Shown: positions 43,919 to 54,883, counted from the first letter of the stretch. The stretch is DNA of 64,000 nucleotides from an uncultured Actinomycetes bacterium (GCA_963834825.1 CAWICZ010000010.1:47266-111265); one strand, 5' to 3'. The notes: generated by a model not told the origin, from the letters alone. Numbers and translations: made by a program.

Positions 43919-44957
43919 ATGAGCACTGACTCCTTCAGGTCGTTGATGACGATTCCGGTCGTCGGCGCGCCGTTGTCAGGAGGCCCGTCGACGCCGGAGC
44001 TCGCGGCAGCAGTATCCGAGGCCGGCGGCTTCGGTTTCATCGCCGCCGGTTACAAGACGGTCGACGAGGTCCGTCGGGAGATCGAGCAGGTGCGGGCGAC
44101 AACCCAGCGGCCGTTCGGCGTCAACCTCTTCTTCCCGACGCAGCTGGCGGCAGACGAGGCAGCGGTTGACCGAGTACACAGAGAGGCTCGCCGGAGAGGC
44201 CGAACGCTACGGCGTCCCGTGCGGAAAACCGCGCTGGAGCGACGACGACTGGGAGGGAAAGCTCGAGCTCGTCGCGCGCGAGAGGCCGGCTGTCGCCTCG
44301 TTCACCTTCGGTTGCCCCGACCGCGCGATCGTCGCGCGCCTACAAGCCAACGGAACTGCTGTCTGGTGCACGGTCACGCGACCTACGGAGGCGAAGGTCG
44401 CGGCCGCAGCCGGCGTCGACGCGCTCGTCGTCCAGGGATCAGAGGCGGGCGGTCACCAAGCCTCGTTCGACGACACCGACGCGGCGCCCGTCGACCTCCT
44501 CCCCCTGCTCCAGCTCGTGCGCGACGCGACCGATCTGCCGCTCGTCGGCGCGGGCGGGATCGCCAACGGCGAGGGAGTCGCCCGCGTGATCGCGGCGGGC
44601 GCGTCGGCGGCGCAGATCGGGAGCGGTCTGATGCTGACACCGGAGGCCGGAACCAGCGCGCCGCACCGCGCGGCGTTCGCCGGCGATGCGCCGACCGCGC
44701 TGACACGCGCCTTCACGGGCCGCCGCGCCCGGGGGATCGTCAACCGGTTCATGCGCGACCACGACGCCGCGGCGCCGAAGGCATACCCGCACATCCACTA
44801 CGTGACCGCGCCGCTTCGCGCAGCGGCGCGCGCCGCCGGAGACGCCGATGGAATCAACCTGTGGGCCGGGCAGGCGTACCCGCTGGCCGAGGCCGCGCCT
44901 GCCGCAGATCTCGTCGCACGCTGGGGCGCGGAAGCAGGCGCGGCACTTCAACGATGA
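43919..44957 (+). pseudogene. Nitronate monooxygenase (NMO), one insertion-type frameshift near 44160-44168
   Basis: The N-terminus PVVGAPLSGGPSTPELAAAVSEAGGFGFIAAG is in frame 2. The rest (ORF 44166-44957, ...VVQGSEAGGH...VGAGGIANG...) is in frame 0. Confidence 0.75.
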
Positions 44958-44972
44958 GACGCGCTCGTCCGC

Positions 44973-46027
44973 CTAGCCGACGTTCAGGCGCTCCTCGGCA
45001 AGAACATCGGCGGCTGCCGCTGTCGAGATGCCTTGCCCGTCGGCCCGCTCGTAGATCTGCCGTAGCGTCTCGCCGATCCGCGCCAGCGCCGTGTCCAGCT
45101 CGGATCTGCGTCCAGCCGAGCTGCTCGAGACCGACGATCGCGATCGCGCCGCCAGCGTTGATGACGTAGTCCGGCGCATAGAGGATCCCACGCGCGTGCA
45201 GCAGTTCGGCTGCTTCCGGCTCTGCCAGCTGGTTGTTCGCCGAACCGGCGACGATCCGGCAACGAAGCCGGGGCACGGTGTCCACGCTCAGGACACCGCC
45301 GACCGCACAGGGCGCGTAGACGTCGCAGTCGGTCTCGAAGAGTTGGTCGACGGGCAATGCCGCGCCGCCCACGCGCGCGGCAACGGCGTCGGCGCGCTCT
45401 GGATCGATGTCGGCAACCAGGACCGTGGCACCGGCGTTCGCCTAGCTGGTCTGCGAGCGGCGAGCCGACCCCGCCAGCACCCTGGACGAGGACACTTCGC
45501 CCTTCGAGGTCATCGGATCCGAACACGTGCGCAAGGCTGACGCGGATGCCGTGGTAGACGCCAACCGCAGTCGGCACGGCAGGACTCCCCGAGCCGCCGG
45601 CCTCGACCGATCGACCATAGACGTACTCGGTTCGCTCGCCGATGACGTCCATGTCCGCCTCACCGGTGTTCATGTCCGAGCTCGTCCGGTAGCTGCCGCC
45701 CAACGATGCGACGAGATCGGCATAGCGCAGGAGCAACCCGCGACGCTCCTCCCCGCTCGGGATCTCCGGAACCGCGAGTACCGCCTTGCCGCCGCCGAAC
45801 GGAAGTCCTGCGACCGCCAGCTTCCGCGTCATCCCGGCCGACAGGCGCATCGCATCCAGCAGCCCTTCAGCCGGCGTCTCGTACACCCGCATGCGCGTGC
45901 CGCCTCCCGCGGGACCGAGGCGCGTCGAATGGAGGCAGACGAAGATCCATGCACCGCTCTCCCGGTCGCGCTGTATGACCGCCGTTTCCCCGTCCCAGGT
46001 CTCGAGCAGCTCTTCGAACGTCGGCAC
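44973..46027 (-). pseudogene. Leu/Val/Phe dehydrogenase family enzyme, two insertion-type frameshifts
   Basis: GLPFGGGKAVL and GAGGVGSPLADQL are in one frame. GATVLVADID...VAGSANNQL...YAPDYVINAGG is in a second frame. The C-terminal SELDTALARIGETLRQIY is in a third. The breaks lie near 45440 and 45110. Confidence 0.75.
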
Positions 46028-46135
46028 GCGGCTTCGATTCGATCACAAGCATCGCTTGACCGGCGCCAGCAGCCGATATCTTAGTTATATTCAGATTCTG
46101 AATGGCTATCAGTTCAAACTCGAAGGGCAGCCGCG

Positions 46136-47092
46136 ATGAGCCCGCGTGACGTTGCGGATGCACCATGGACGGCCGCCGATGTCGCCGACCTGTCGGGGCG
46201 GACTGCTGTTGTGACCGGCGCCAGTAGCGGCCTGGGCCTGGAGACCGCCAAGGTTCTCGCCGGACGCGGCGCAACGGTCGTCCTCGCGTGCCGCGACCTG
46301 GCCAGAGCCGAGCGGGCGGCGGCCCGGATCCGTGCCGACGCGGGTCGAGCGGACCTCCAGGTCGTGCGGCTCGACCTTGCTTCACTCGCGTCCGTTCGCG
46401 AGGCCGCCGAAGAGATCCGCTCCAGCCACGCCCGGCTCGACCTGCTGATCAACAACGCCGGCGTGATGCAAGTGCCCGACCAGCGCACCGAGGACGGGTT
46501 CGAGCTCACGCTCGCCTCCAACCATCTCGGTCACTTCGCCCTCACCGGACTGCTGTTGGACACGTTGCTCGCGACCGCCGGCTCGCGGATCGTGACGGTC
46601 AGCAGCATCGCCCATCGCCGCGGCCGTATCCGCTTCGACGACCTCCAATCAGACGAGAGCTACGACGCCTCAGCCGCCTATGCGCAGTCGAAGCTCGCGA
46701 ACCTCCTCTTCGCCTACGAGCTGGACCGCCGCTTCGAAAACGCCGGCGCCGGCGCGACCTCGCTCGCGGCCCATCCAGGCAACGCCCGAACCGGCCTCTG
46801 GCGCACGAGCTCGAGCTTCGAGCGGGCGCTGATCAGCTCCCGCTTGCGCGTCCTCAACTTCTGGCTCGTGCAAAGCGCCGAGGCCGGCGCGCTGCCGACA
46901 CTGCGGGCCGCGGCCGACCCGTCCGCCGAGGGCGGCGACTACTACGGCCCCGCAGGCCCGTTCCAGTTCGCCGGTCACCCGGTCCGCGTGGACTCGAGCG
47001 CTCGCTCTCACGACGCGGCTGCCCAACGACGGCTCTGGGACGTCTCCGAGCAGCTGACCGGCGTCCACTACGAGATCCCGGGGTTCAGTTGA
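46136..47092 (+). CDS. SDR family oxidoreductase (retinol-dehydrogenase-like)
   Basis: AVVTGASSGLGLETAKVLAGRGATVVLACRD and YAQSKLAN are present. Confidence 0.85.
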   Translation: MSPRDVADAPWTAADVADLSGRTAVVTGASSGLGLETAKVLAGRGATVVLACRDLARAERAAARIRADAGRADLQVVRLDLASLASVREAAEEIRSSHARLDLLINNAGVMQVPDQRTEDGFELTLASNHLGHFALTGLLLDTLLATAGSRIVTVSSIAHRRGRIRFDDLQSDESYDASAAYAQSKLANLLFAYELDRRFENAGAGATSLAAHPGNARTGLWRTSSSFERALISSRLRVLNFWLVQSAEAGALPTLRAAADPSAEGGDYYGPAGPFQFAGHPVRVDSSARSHDAAAQRRLWDVSEQLTGVHYEIPGFS

Positions 47093-47700
47093 CGCCGAAG
47101 ACCAAGAGCGGCCGCTACCACCACGGGGACCTGAGGGCGGCGCTGATCGACACCGCGACTGAGCTCGTCGCGGAGCGTGGTGTTCGCAACTTCTCTCTCG
47201 CCGAGGCCAGCCGGCGCCTCGGCGTCGCCGTCAGCGCTCCCTACGCGCATTTTCCCGACCGCGACCACCTTCTTGCCGCGGTCTCGGTGCACGCTTACGA
47301 GCTCTTCCACGCCGAGCTCGCGCCCGAGCTGAAGCGGCTCGAGGAGCCTGCCGACCGCCTCGCTGCCATCGCTGGTGCGTACGTCCGCTTCGCCGGAACC
47401 CACCGGCCGCTCTTCGAGCTGCTCGTCGAGGGCGGGCTCGACAAGAGCCGGCATCCCGAGATCGAGGCGGCCGAGAAGCCGATCGACGACGCTTTCCGAA
47501 GCTGCGTCCGCGCCCTCTCAGACGCCGGCGAGCCCCAATCCGACGACCTGGCGACGGCCGTCGAAGCAACCGCGCACGGCCATGCGCTCCTGCTCCTCGA
47601 CGGCCACTTCGGCCGCGCAGACGACGCCGTCGAGCTCGCGGCCGAACGAGCGGCCCGGGCAACGCTGGCGCTCGTCGAAAGCCGCCATCTGCTCAGGTGA
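47089..47700 (+). CDS. TetR/AcrR family transcriptional regulator
   Basis: The TTG at 47089 overlaps the upstream stop (TTGA). The HTH reads FSLAEASRRLGVAVSAPYAHF. Confidence 0.8.
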   Translation: MTPKTKSGRYHHGDLRAALIDTATELVAERGVRNFSLAEASRRLGVAVSAPYAHFPDRDHLLAAVSVHAYELFHAELAPELKRLEEPADRLAAIAGAYVRFAGTHRPLFELLVEGGLDKSRHPEIEAAEKPIDDAFRSCVRALSDAGEPQSDDLATAVEATAHGHALLLLDGHFGRADDAVELAAERAARATLALVESRHLLR

Positions 47701-48626
47701 CCGGCGCCTCGACCTCTCTCCTCGGCAACCCGGATGACAACCTTGCCGCGCTTGCCCGCGGCCAGGCTGCGCTCGAACGCCGCGGGCGCCTCCGAGAGCG
47801 GGAAGACGGAGTCGACCGCCGGCCGTAGGAAACCTTCGTCGACGAGGCGTGCGATCTCGATCAGCTGCTCTCGGTTCGACTCGACGACGAAGTAGGTCGC
47901 GTCGATTCCTGTCTCCGTCGACGGAGGCTCTTCGGCCACCGAGACGAGTCGCCCACCTGGCGCCACCAACGCCGGCGAGCGCTGAAGCAGCTCGCCGCCG
48001 ACCGTGTCGAAGACGAGGTCGACCGGGGCGAGCTTTTCCTCGAGACGCTCGCTCCGACCATCGAGCACCTCGTGAGCTCCGTAGGCGCGCGCGGCGTCCA
48101 TGCCCTCCGGGGACGTGGTGCCGATCACGTGCGCGCCACGCCACCGTGCGAGCTGTGTGGCGAAGTGTCCGACACCGCCCGCCGCGCCGTGGATCATGAC
48201 TCGCTGCCCTGCCTCGAGCCGTCCGTGGTCGAAGAGGCCCTGCCAGGCGCTGAGGGCGGCAAGGGGAATCGCTGCGCTCGCCACGTGGTCGAGCGTCGAC
48301 GGCTTGGGTGCGAGCAGGCTTGCCGGGACGGCGGCATACGTCGCTGCGACACCGTCGCGGTCGAAGTCGGTGAGCGCATAGACCGGCTCGCCGACCGTCA
48401 CGCTTTCGACGCCGGCAGCCACTGCGGCCACGATCCCGGAGAGCTCGTACGAGGGGATCGCGGGCAGGCGATCGACGGGCCACTCGAGCTCGTCGCGGGT
48501 GATCGCGGCCGCGTGCACCTCGACGAGCGCTTCCCCCGCGCCTAACTGCGGAGTCTCCAACTCTTCGAGGACCAGCCCATCGAGACCCGGAGCGTGGAGA
48601 CGAATCGCGCTCATCCTCTCGGCCAT
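47295..48626 (-). CDS. NADPH:quinone reductase-like MDR oxidoreductase; only about 47700-48626 is homology-supported
   Basis: GEALVEVHAAAI, GAAGGVGHFATQLAR and GKVVIRV are present. The last ~135 codons overlap the TetR gene antisense and look spurious. A one-base shift would give ...EEREVEAPVT-stop at 47693. Confidence 0.75.
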   Translation of the reverse strand: MAERMSAIRLHAPGLDGLVLEELETPQLGAGEALVEVHAAAITRDELEWPVDRLPAIPSYELSGIVAAVAAGVESVTVGEPVYALTDFDRDGVAATYAAVPASLLAPKPSTLDHVASAAIPLAALSAWQGLFDHGRLEAGQRVMIHGAAGGVGHFATQLARWRGAHVIGTTSPEGMDAARAYGAHEVLDGRSERLEEKLAPVDLVFDTVGGELLQRSPALVAPGGRLVSVAEEPPSTETGIDATYFVVESNREQLIEIARLVDEGFLRPAVDSVFPLSEAPAAFERSLAAGKRGKVVIRVAEERGRGAGHLSRWRLSTSASVARAARSAASSTASSARPKWPSRSRSAWPCAVASTAVARSSDWGSPASERARTQLRKASSIGFSAASISGCRLLSSPPSTSSSKSGRWVPAKRTYAPAMAARRSAGSSSRFSSGASSAWKSS

Positions 48627-48685
48627 GAAACTATCTTACTAGAAAGATACTTGCAGGTAAGCCAATCCAGGAGTACCCTTGCAGC

Positions 48686-49198
48686 GTGACCGCGAGGACT
48701 CCCGACCATGTCGACGAGATCGTCGATCAGTGGCGGCGCGAGCGCCCCGACCTGAACGTGGCAGCCCTCGGCCTCTTCGGCCGACTGTTTCGGGTCGTCC
48801 ATCTCGCTGACGCAGAGCTCGGAAAGGAGTTCGGCCGGCACGGGTTGCAGCCGGGCTGGTTCGACCTCCTCGTGGCGCTTCGGCGCGCCGGCGCGCCGTA
48901 CGAGCTCAACCCGACGGAGCTCATGCGCGCGACGCTCATCTCCTCGGGCGGTGTGACGAAGCGCCTCGACCGGCTCGAGGAAGCGGGACTCGTCGAGCGT
49001 CGGCCGGACCCGGCCGACCGCAGAGGCACGCTCGTACGGCTGACCCGCCGCGGCAAGTCGGTGATCGACCGCTCGGTCGAGGCACACGTGGCGAACGAGG
49101 AGCGCCTCCTGAGCTCGCTCACCGCGGCCGACCGGCGCGCGCTCGACGACCTCCTCCGAACGCTCCTATCCGATCTCGAGCGAGCCGAAGCGGACTAG
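48686..49198 (+). CDS. MarR family transcriptional regulator
   Basis: The winged helix reads LNPTELMRATLISSGGVTKRLDRLEEAGLVERRPDPADRRGTLVRLT. Confidence 0.85.
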   Translation: MTARTPDHVDEIVDQWRRERPDLNVAALGLFGRLFRVVHLADAELGKEFGRHGLQPGWFDLLVALRRAGAPYELNPTELMRATLISSGGVTKRLDRLEEAGLVERRPDPADRRGTLVRLTRRGKSVIDRSVEAHVANEERLLSSLTAADRRALDDLLRTLLSDLERAEAD

Positions 49199-49219
49199 GC
49201 CGCGCGCGCAGGCAGGGGG

Positions 49220-49507
49220 TTAATACGTGCTCGAGGTTTGGTAGCGGGAAGCCGCTGCGCGGCTCGAGTACGTCGCCACATCGGCCACGACCCCGAGCCC
49301 CACGATGATCCACTCAGCGCCGTCGACGCCGACGATGGGAGACCAGACGAGCAGGTACGCGAGCGTCGTCCACGGGAGGAAGATCAGGCCGAGGAGCGGC
49401 CATACCCACGAGTCGAACGCGACTTCGACCTTGTCGCCGAAAATCCACCAGGCGAGCACAGCGATGCGTGGACCGAGGAACCCCGCCGTCAGGGCTAGGC
49501 AGCACAC
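49220..49507 (-). CDS. Small integral membrane protein (95 aa, 3 TM)
   Basis: The hydrophobic helices are LALTAGFLGPRIAVLAWWIF, VWPLLGLIFLPWTTLAYLLVW and WIIVGLGVVADVA. Confidence 0.6.
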   Translation of the reverse strand: MCCLALTAGFLGPRIAVLAWWIFGDKVEVAFDSWVWPLLGLIFLPWTTLAYLLVWSPIVGVDGAEWIIVGLGVVADVATYSSRAAASRYQTSSTY

Positions 49508-49858
49508 CTCGCGGACTATCGCAGCATCGAGAGAACTTTTCCGGATTAACGAGAGCGCGAGGTTCTAGCATCGGCTCGTGCACGTTCGCCGGTCGCTCGT
49601 CGCCAACTTGCAGTCGGGCGACAGCTACGCGCTCGTCCTCGCCCGGTGCTTGCGTCGGTCGGCCACGTATAGGCTCGTGACCGCCGCAACGCGTCGCCAG
49701 TTGAGGCCCGGCAGGGACGACGCTCCGGCCGACTGACCGCGCGAGCACATGAGATAGGGTCGAGCACAGCCGGTCGACACTTTTGGACGAGCCACCACGG
49801 CTCCCGCTGCCTGGCCCGGGCGCCGTAGGACGGACGGCCGCACAGGAAGGAGATGAGC

Positions 49859-51407
49859 ATGCCGCAGGACAAGCCCAACATCCTCGTGATCTGGGGCGAC
49901 GACATCGGGATCACGAACCTCAGCTGCTACAGCGACGGGCTGATGGGGTATCGGACGCCGAACATCGACCGCATCGCGAACGAGGGAATGCGGTTCACGG
50001 ACTCCTACGGCGAGCAGAGCTGTACCGCGGGGCGGTCGTCGTTCATCACCGGGCAGAGCGTCTTCCGCACCGGGCTGAGCAAGGTCGGGCCTTCCCGGCG
50101 CGCCCGTCGGGCTGCAGGCGGAAGACCCGACGATCGCGGAGCTGCTGAAGAACCACGGCTACTCGACGGGCCAGTTCGGGAAGAACCACCTCGGCGACCG
50201 GAACGAGTACCTACCGACCGTGCACGGCTTCGACGAGTTCTTCGGGAACCTGTACCACCTGAACGCCGAGGAGGACCCGGAGGACCCGGACTACCCGAGC
50301 AAGCACGGCTTCGAGCGAGTTCCACGAGCGCTTCGGCCCGCGTGGGGTCCTCCAATCCCGCGCGACGAACAAGGACGACCCGAAGGAGCACCCGCGCTGG
50401 GGCCGCGTCGGGAAGCAGAGGATCAAGGACACGGGCCCGTTGACGAGGAAGCGGATGGAGACGTGCGACGACGAGATCGTCGAGGCCGCGTCCGACTTCA
50501 TCCAGCGGCAGCACAACAGGCGCAAGCCGTTCTTCTGTTGGGTGAACACGACCCACATGCACCTGCGGACGCATACGAAGCGGAGGAGCCTGGGGAAGGC
50601 CGGTCGCTGGCAGTCCCCGTACCACGACACGATGCTCGACCACGACAGGAACGTCGGTCAGCTGCTGGACCTGCTCGACAAGCTCGGGATCGCGGACGAC
50701 ACGATCGTGATGTACGGCACCGACAACGGGCCGCACATGAACACGTGGCCCGACGGGGCGATGACCCCCTTCCGCAGTGAGAAGAACACGAACTGGGAAG
50801 GCGCGTTCCGAGTGCCGATGATGGTGCGCTGGCCCGGCAGGATCCCGGCGGGCGTCGTCTCCAACGAGATCGTCCAGCACCACGACTGGCTGCCCACGTT
50901 TCTAGCGGCGGCCGGCGAGCCAGACGTCGTCGAGAAGCTGAAGAAGGGCCACGAGGCGGCGGGCAAGACGTTCAAGGTGCACATCGACGGGTACAACCTG
51001 CTGCCGTACCTCACTGGGCGAGGAGGAGACGAGCCCGCGCAAGGGGTTCATCTACTTCTCGGATGACGGCGACCTCGTCGCGCTGCGCTTCGACAACTGG
51101 AAGCTCGTCTTCATGGAGCAGCGGATGCCGGGAACGATGGCCCTCTGGGCCGAGCCGTTCACGACCCTCCGGCGTGCCCAAGCTCTTCAACCTGCGCACG
51201 GACCCGTTCGAACGCGCTGACACGACCTCCAACACCTACTGGGACTGGTTCGTGTCGAAGGCCTACATGATCCTGGCGGCGCAGGCAATCGTGGGCGAGT
51301 TCCTCGCGACGTTCAAGGAGTTCCCGCCGCGGCAGAAGGCCGCGAGCTTCACGATCGACCAGGCGCTCGAGAAGATGGCGGACGCCGCGAGCGGCGGCCG
51401 CGGATGA
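49859..51407 (+). pseudogene. Sulfatase, duplicate copy 1, at least four single-base insertions relative to copy 2
   Basis: It aligns codon for codon with 52218-53762 but is spread over frames 2, 0, 1, 2, 0. Extra bases lie near 50094, 50316, 51015 and 51173. It keeps CTAGRSS. Confidence 0.8.
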
Positions 51408-51937
51408 CGGAGCTGCGCCTCCTGGAACGACACAGGCACGACGCAGGCGATCGTCGAGTTCGTCGAGACCGCGGCCCGCGAGCTCCCGCCGGAAGAGCGG
51501 GTCGCGGTCTTCGACAACGACGGCACGCTCTGGTCCGAGAAGCCGATGCCGATCGAGCTCGGCTTCATTCTGCAGCGGCTGGCCGCGATGGCCGAGGAGG
51601 ACGCGGCGCTCGCGGGAGAAGCAGCCGTGGAAGGCCGCCCACGAGAAGGACTACGCCTGGCTCGGTGGCGTGATCGACAAGCACTACGCGGGCGACGACA
51701 GCGACGTGAAGGTGGTGATGGGCGGGATCCTGCGCGCGTTTGCCGACCAGACGGTGGACGAGTACGCGTCGGCTGCCGACGCGTTCCTCGGAGAAGCGCC
51801 GCACCCAACGCTCGGCCGGCGGCTGCGCGACTGCGGGTACGTCCCGATGGTCGAGCTGCTGCGCTACCTCGAGGAACACGGCTTCACCTGCTTCATCGCG
51901 TCCGGCGGCAGCCGCGACTTCATGCGGGCGATCGCCG
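51404..51937 (+). pseudogene. HAD-like hydrolase, duplicate copy 1, frameshifted twice and truncated at the duplication junction
   Basis: It matches 53759-54292 (VFDNDGTLW..., FIASGGSRDFMRAI) and stops abruptly after RAIAD, where channel-derived sequence begins. Confidence 0.65.
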
Positions 51938-52102
51938 ACGGGATTCGGCGACCTCGCGCCGGCGAGCGACGTCGGCCGCGGACTCGTAGCGCTCGAGATC
52001 GTCCTCGGCCAGCTCTATCTCGTGACCGTGGTGGCGGTCATCGCGCCCGCCGCAACGCGTCGCCAGTTGAGGCACGGCAGGGACGACGCTCCGGCCGCCT
52101 GA
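51938..52102 (+). pseudogene. 3-prime fragment of a potassium-channel gene (pore filter to C-terminus)
   Basis: TGFGDLAPASDVGRGLVALEIVLGQLYLVTVVAVIAPAATRRQLRHGRDDAPAA-stop is encoded. A more degenerate copy lies at about 49583-49736. Confidence 0.5.
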
Positions 52103-52217
52103 CCGCGCGGGCACATGAGATAGGGTCGAGCGCAGCCGGTCGACACTTGAACGAGCCACCTCGGCTCCTGCTGCCTGGCCCGGGGCCGTAGGACGGCCGC
52201 AAGGGAAGGAGACGAGC

Positions 52218-53762
52218 ATGCCGCAGGACAAGCCCAACATCCTCGTGATCTGGGGCGACGACATCGGGATCACGAACCTGAGCTGCTACAGCGACGGGCT
52301 GATGGGGTATCGCACCCCGAACATCGACCGCATCGCGAACGAAGGAATGCGGTTCACCGACGCCTACGGTGAGCAGAGCTGCACCGCGGGGCGGTCGTCG
52401 TTCCTCACCGGGCAGAGCGTCTTTCGAACCGGGCTCAGCAAGGTGGGCCTTCCGGGCGCGACCGTTGGGCTGCAGGCGGAGGACCCGACGATCGCGGAGC
52501 TGCTCAAAAACCACGGCTACTCGACGGGCCAGTTCGGGAAGAACCACCTTGGCGACCGGAACGAGTACCTACCGACGGTGCACGGCTTCGACGAGTTCTT
52601 CGGGAACCTCTACCACCTGAACGCCGAGGAGGACCCGGAGGATCCTGACTACCCGAGCAAGCACGGCTTTGAGCAGTTCCACGAGCGCTTCGGGCCACGC
52701 GGGGTCCTCCAATCCCGCGCTGCGAACAAGGACGACCCGAAGGAGCACCCACGCTGGGGCCGCGTCGGTAAGCAGAGGATCAAGGACACAGGCCCGCTGA
52801 CGAGGAAGCGGATGGAGACCTGCGACGACGAGTTCGTCGCGGCCGCCGGCGACTTCATCGAGCGCCAGCACAGGAGGCGCAGGCCGTTCTTCTGCTGGGT
52901 GAACACCACACACATGCACTTCCGCACACATACGAAGCGGAGGAGCCTGGGGCAGGCTGGCCGCTGGCAGTCGCCCTACCACGACGCGATGATCGACCAC
53001 GACAAGAACGTCGGCCAGCTGCTCGATCTGCTGGACAAGCTCGGGATCGCCGAGGACACGATCGTCATGTACGCAACGGACAACGGGCCGCACATGAACA
53101 CATGGCCCGACGGAGCGATGACCCCCTTCCGCAGCGAGAAGAACACGAATTGGGAAGGCGCGTTCCGCGTCCCGTTGATGGTGCGCTGGCCCGGCAAGTT
53201 CCCGGCGGGCGTCGTCTCCAACGAGATCGTGCAGCATCACGACTGGCTGCCCACGTTCCTGGCGGCTGCCGGTGAGCCCGACGTCGTCGAGAAGCTTAAG
53301 AAGGGGCACACCGCCGCGGACAAGGAGTTCAAGGTCCACATCGACGGGTACAACCTGCTCCCGTATCTCACCGGCGAGGAGGAGAAGAGCCCGCGCAAGG
53401 GGCTCATCTATTTCAGCGACGACGGCGACCTCGTCGCGCTCCGCTTCGACAACTGGAAGCTCGTCTTCATGGAGCAGCGGATGCGCGGGACGATGGGCAT
53501 CTGGGCCGAGCCCTTCACGGCCCTCCGGCTGCCCAAGCTCTACAACCTGCGAACGGATCCGTTCGAGCGCGCAGACACGACGTCGAACACGTACTGGGAC
53601 TGGTATGCGTCCAAGGCCTACATGATCCTGGCCGCGCAGGCGATCGTGGGCGAGTTCCTCGCGACGTTCAAAGAGTTCCCGCCGCGGCAGAAGGCCGCGA
53701 GCTTCACGATCGACCAGGCGCTCGAGAAGATGGCGGACGCCGCGAGCGGCGCTCGCGGGTGA
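52218..53762 (+). CDS. Sulfatase (514 aa), intact duplicate copy 2
   Basis: [11 protein letters not shown]...[12 protein letters not shown] (CxAxR), GKNHLGD and TDNGPH are present. Confidence 0.9.
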   Translation: MPQDKPNILVIWGDDIGITNLSCYSDGLMGYRTPNIDRIANEGMRFTDAYGEQSCTAGRSSFLTGQSVFRTGLSKVGLPGATVGLQAEDPTIAELLKNHGYSTGQFGKNHLGDRNEYLPTVHGFDEFFGNLYHLNAEEDPEDPDYPSKHGFEQFHERFGPRGVLQSRAANKDDPKEHPRWGRVGKQRIKDTGPLTRKRMETCDDEFVAAAGDFIERQHRRRRPFFCWVNTTHMHFRTHTKRRSLGQAGRWQSPYHDAMIDHDKNVGQLLDLLDKLGIAEDTIVMYATDNGPHMNTWPDGAMTPFRSEKNTNWEGAFRVPLMVRWPGKFPAGVVSNEIVQHHDWLPTFLAAAGEPDVVEKLKKGHTAADKEFKVHIDGYNLLPYLTGEEEKSPRKGLIYFSDDGDLVALRFDNWKLVFMEQRMRGTMGIWAEPFTALRLPKLYNLRTDPFERADTTSNTYWDWYASKAYMILAAQAIVGEFLATFKEFPPRQKAASFTIDQALEKMADAASGARG

Positions 53763-54671
53763 CCGAGCTCGCCTCCTGGAACGACACAGGCACAAAACAG
53801 GCGATCGTCGAGTTCGTCGAGACCGCGGCCCGCGAGATTCCGCCCGAGGAGCGGGTCGCGGTGTTCGACAACGACGGCACCCTCTGGTTGGAGAAGCCAA
53901 TGCCGATCGAGCTCGGCTTCATCCTCCAGCGGCTGGCCGCCATGGCGGAGGAGGACGCGTCCCTGCGAGAGAAACAGCCGTGGAAGGCCGCCCACGAGCA
54001 GGACCATGCGTGGCTCGCGGGAGTGATCGACAAGCACTACGCGGGCGACGACAGCGACGTCAAGGTGCTGATGGGCGGAATTCTCCGGGCGTTCGCCGAC
54101 CAGACGGTGGACGAGTACGCGTCGGCCGCCGACGCGTTCCTCGATAACGCACCCCACCCGACGCTCGGCCGTCGGCTGCGCGAGTGCGGGTACGTGCCGA
54201 TGGTCGAGCTGCTCCGGTACCTCGAGGCACAGGGCTTCACGTGCTTCATCGCCTCGGGCGGTAGCCGCGACTTCATGCGGGCGATCACGGACGAGATCTA
54301 CGCGATCCCGCCCGAGCGGGTCGTGGGCAGCTCCAACGGGCTGCAGTACACGGACGACGAGCACGGCGGTTCGCTTGCGTACGTCGCCGAGCCCGACGTT
54401 TTCGACGACGGGCCGGCGAAGCCCGTACGAATCTGGAGCAGGATCGGCCGGCGGCCGATCCTGGCCGCGGGGAACTCGAACGGCGACATTCCGATGCTCC
54501 GCTTCACCGGCGGCAAGGGACGGCCGGCCCTGCGGCTGCTCGTCCGGCACGACGACGCCGAGCGCGAGTTCGACTACGTCAAGGGCGCCGAGCAGGCGCT
54601 CGAGCAGGCGAAGGCTGACGAGCTGGACTGTCGTCAGCATCAAGGACGACTGGGCGACCGTCTTCGCCTAG
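53759..54671 (+). CDS. HAD-superfamily hydrolase, copy 2 (terminal frameshift near 54620; listed ORF runs to 54856)
   Basis: VFDNDGTLW (motif I), FIASGGSRDF and AAGNSNGDIPML (motif IV) are present. The expected C-terminal WTVVSIKDDWATVFA is in ORF 54375-54671. Confidence 0.7.
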
Positions 54672-54883
54672 CGCTCGACGTCCCGAATCGGGGTCTGTCT
54701 GACGAGCAGAGGCCCGTGACGAACAGGCGGGAGCCGTGCCTCGGGTCGATTCGGCGCGCGATCCGAAGCAACCGAAGAGGCTTCCACTGCGGCGGAGGAT
54801 ACGCAGCGGCGCGGCTGGGCTCAGACCCGGATTGGAGTAGAGTGACCGTTCGGTAGACAGCCTCGACGGAAAGGGGGACGCAA

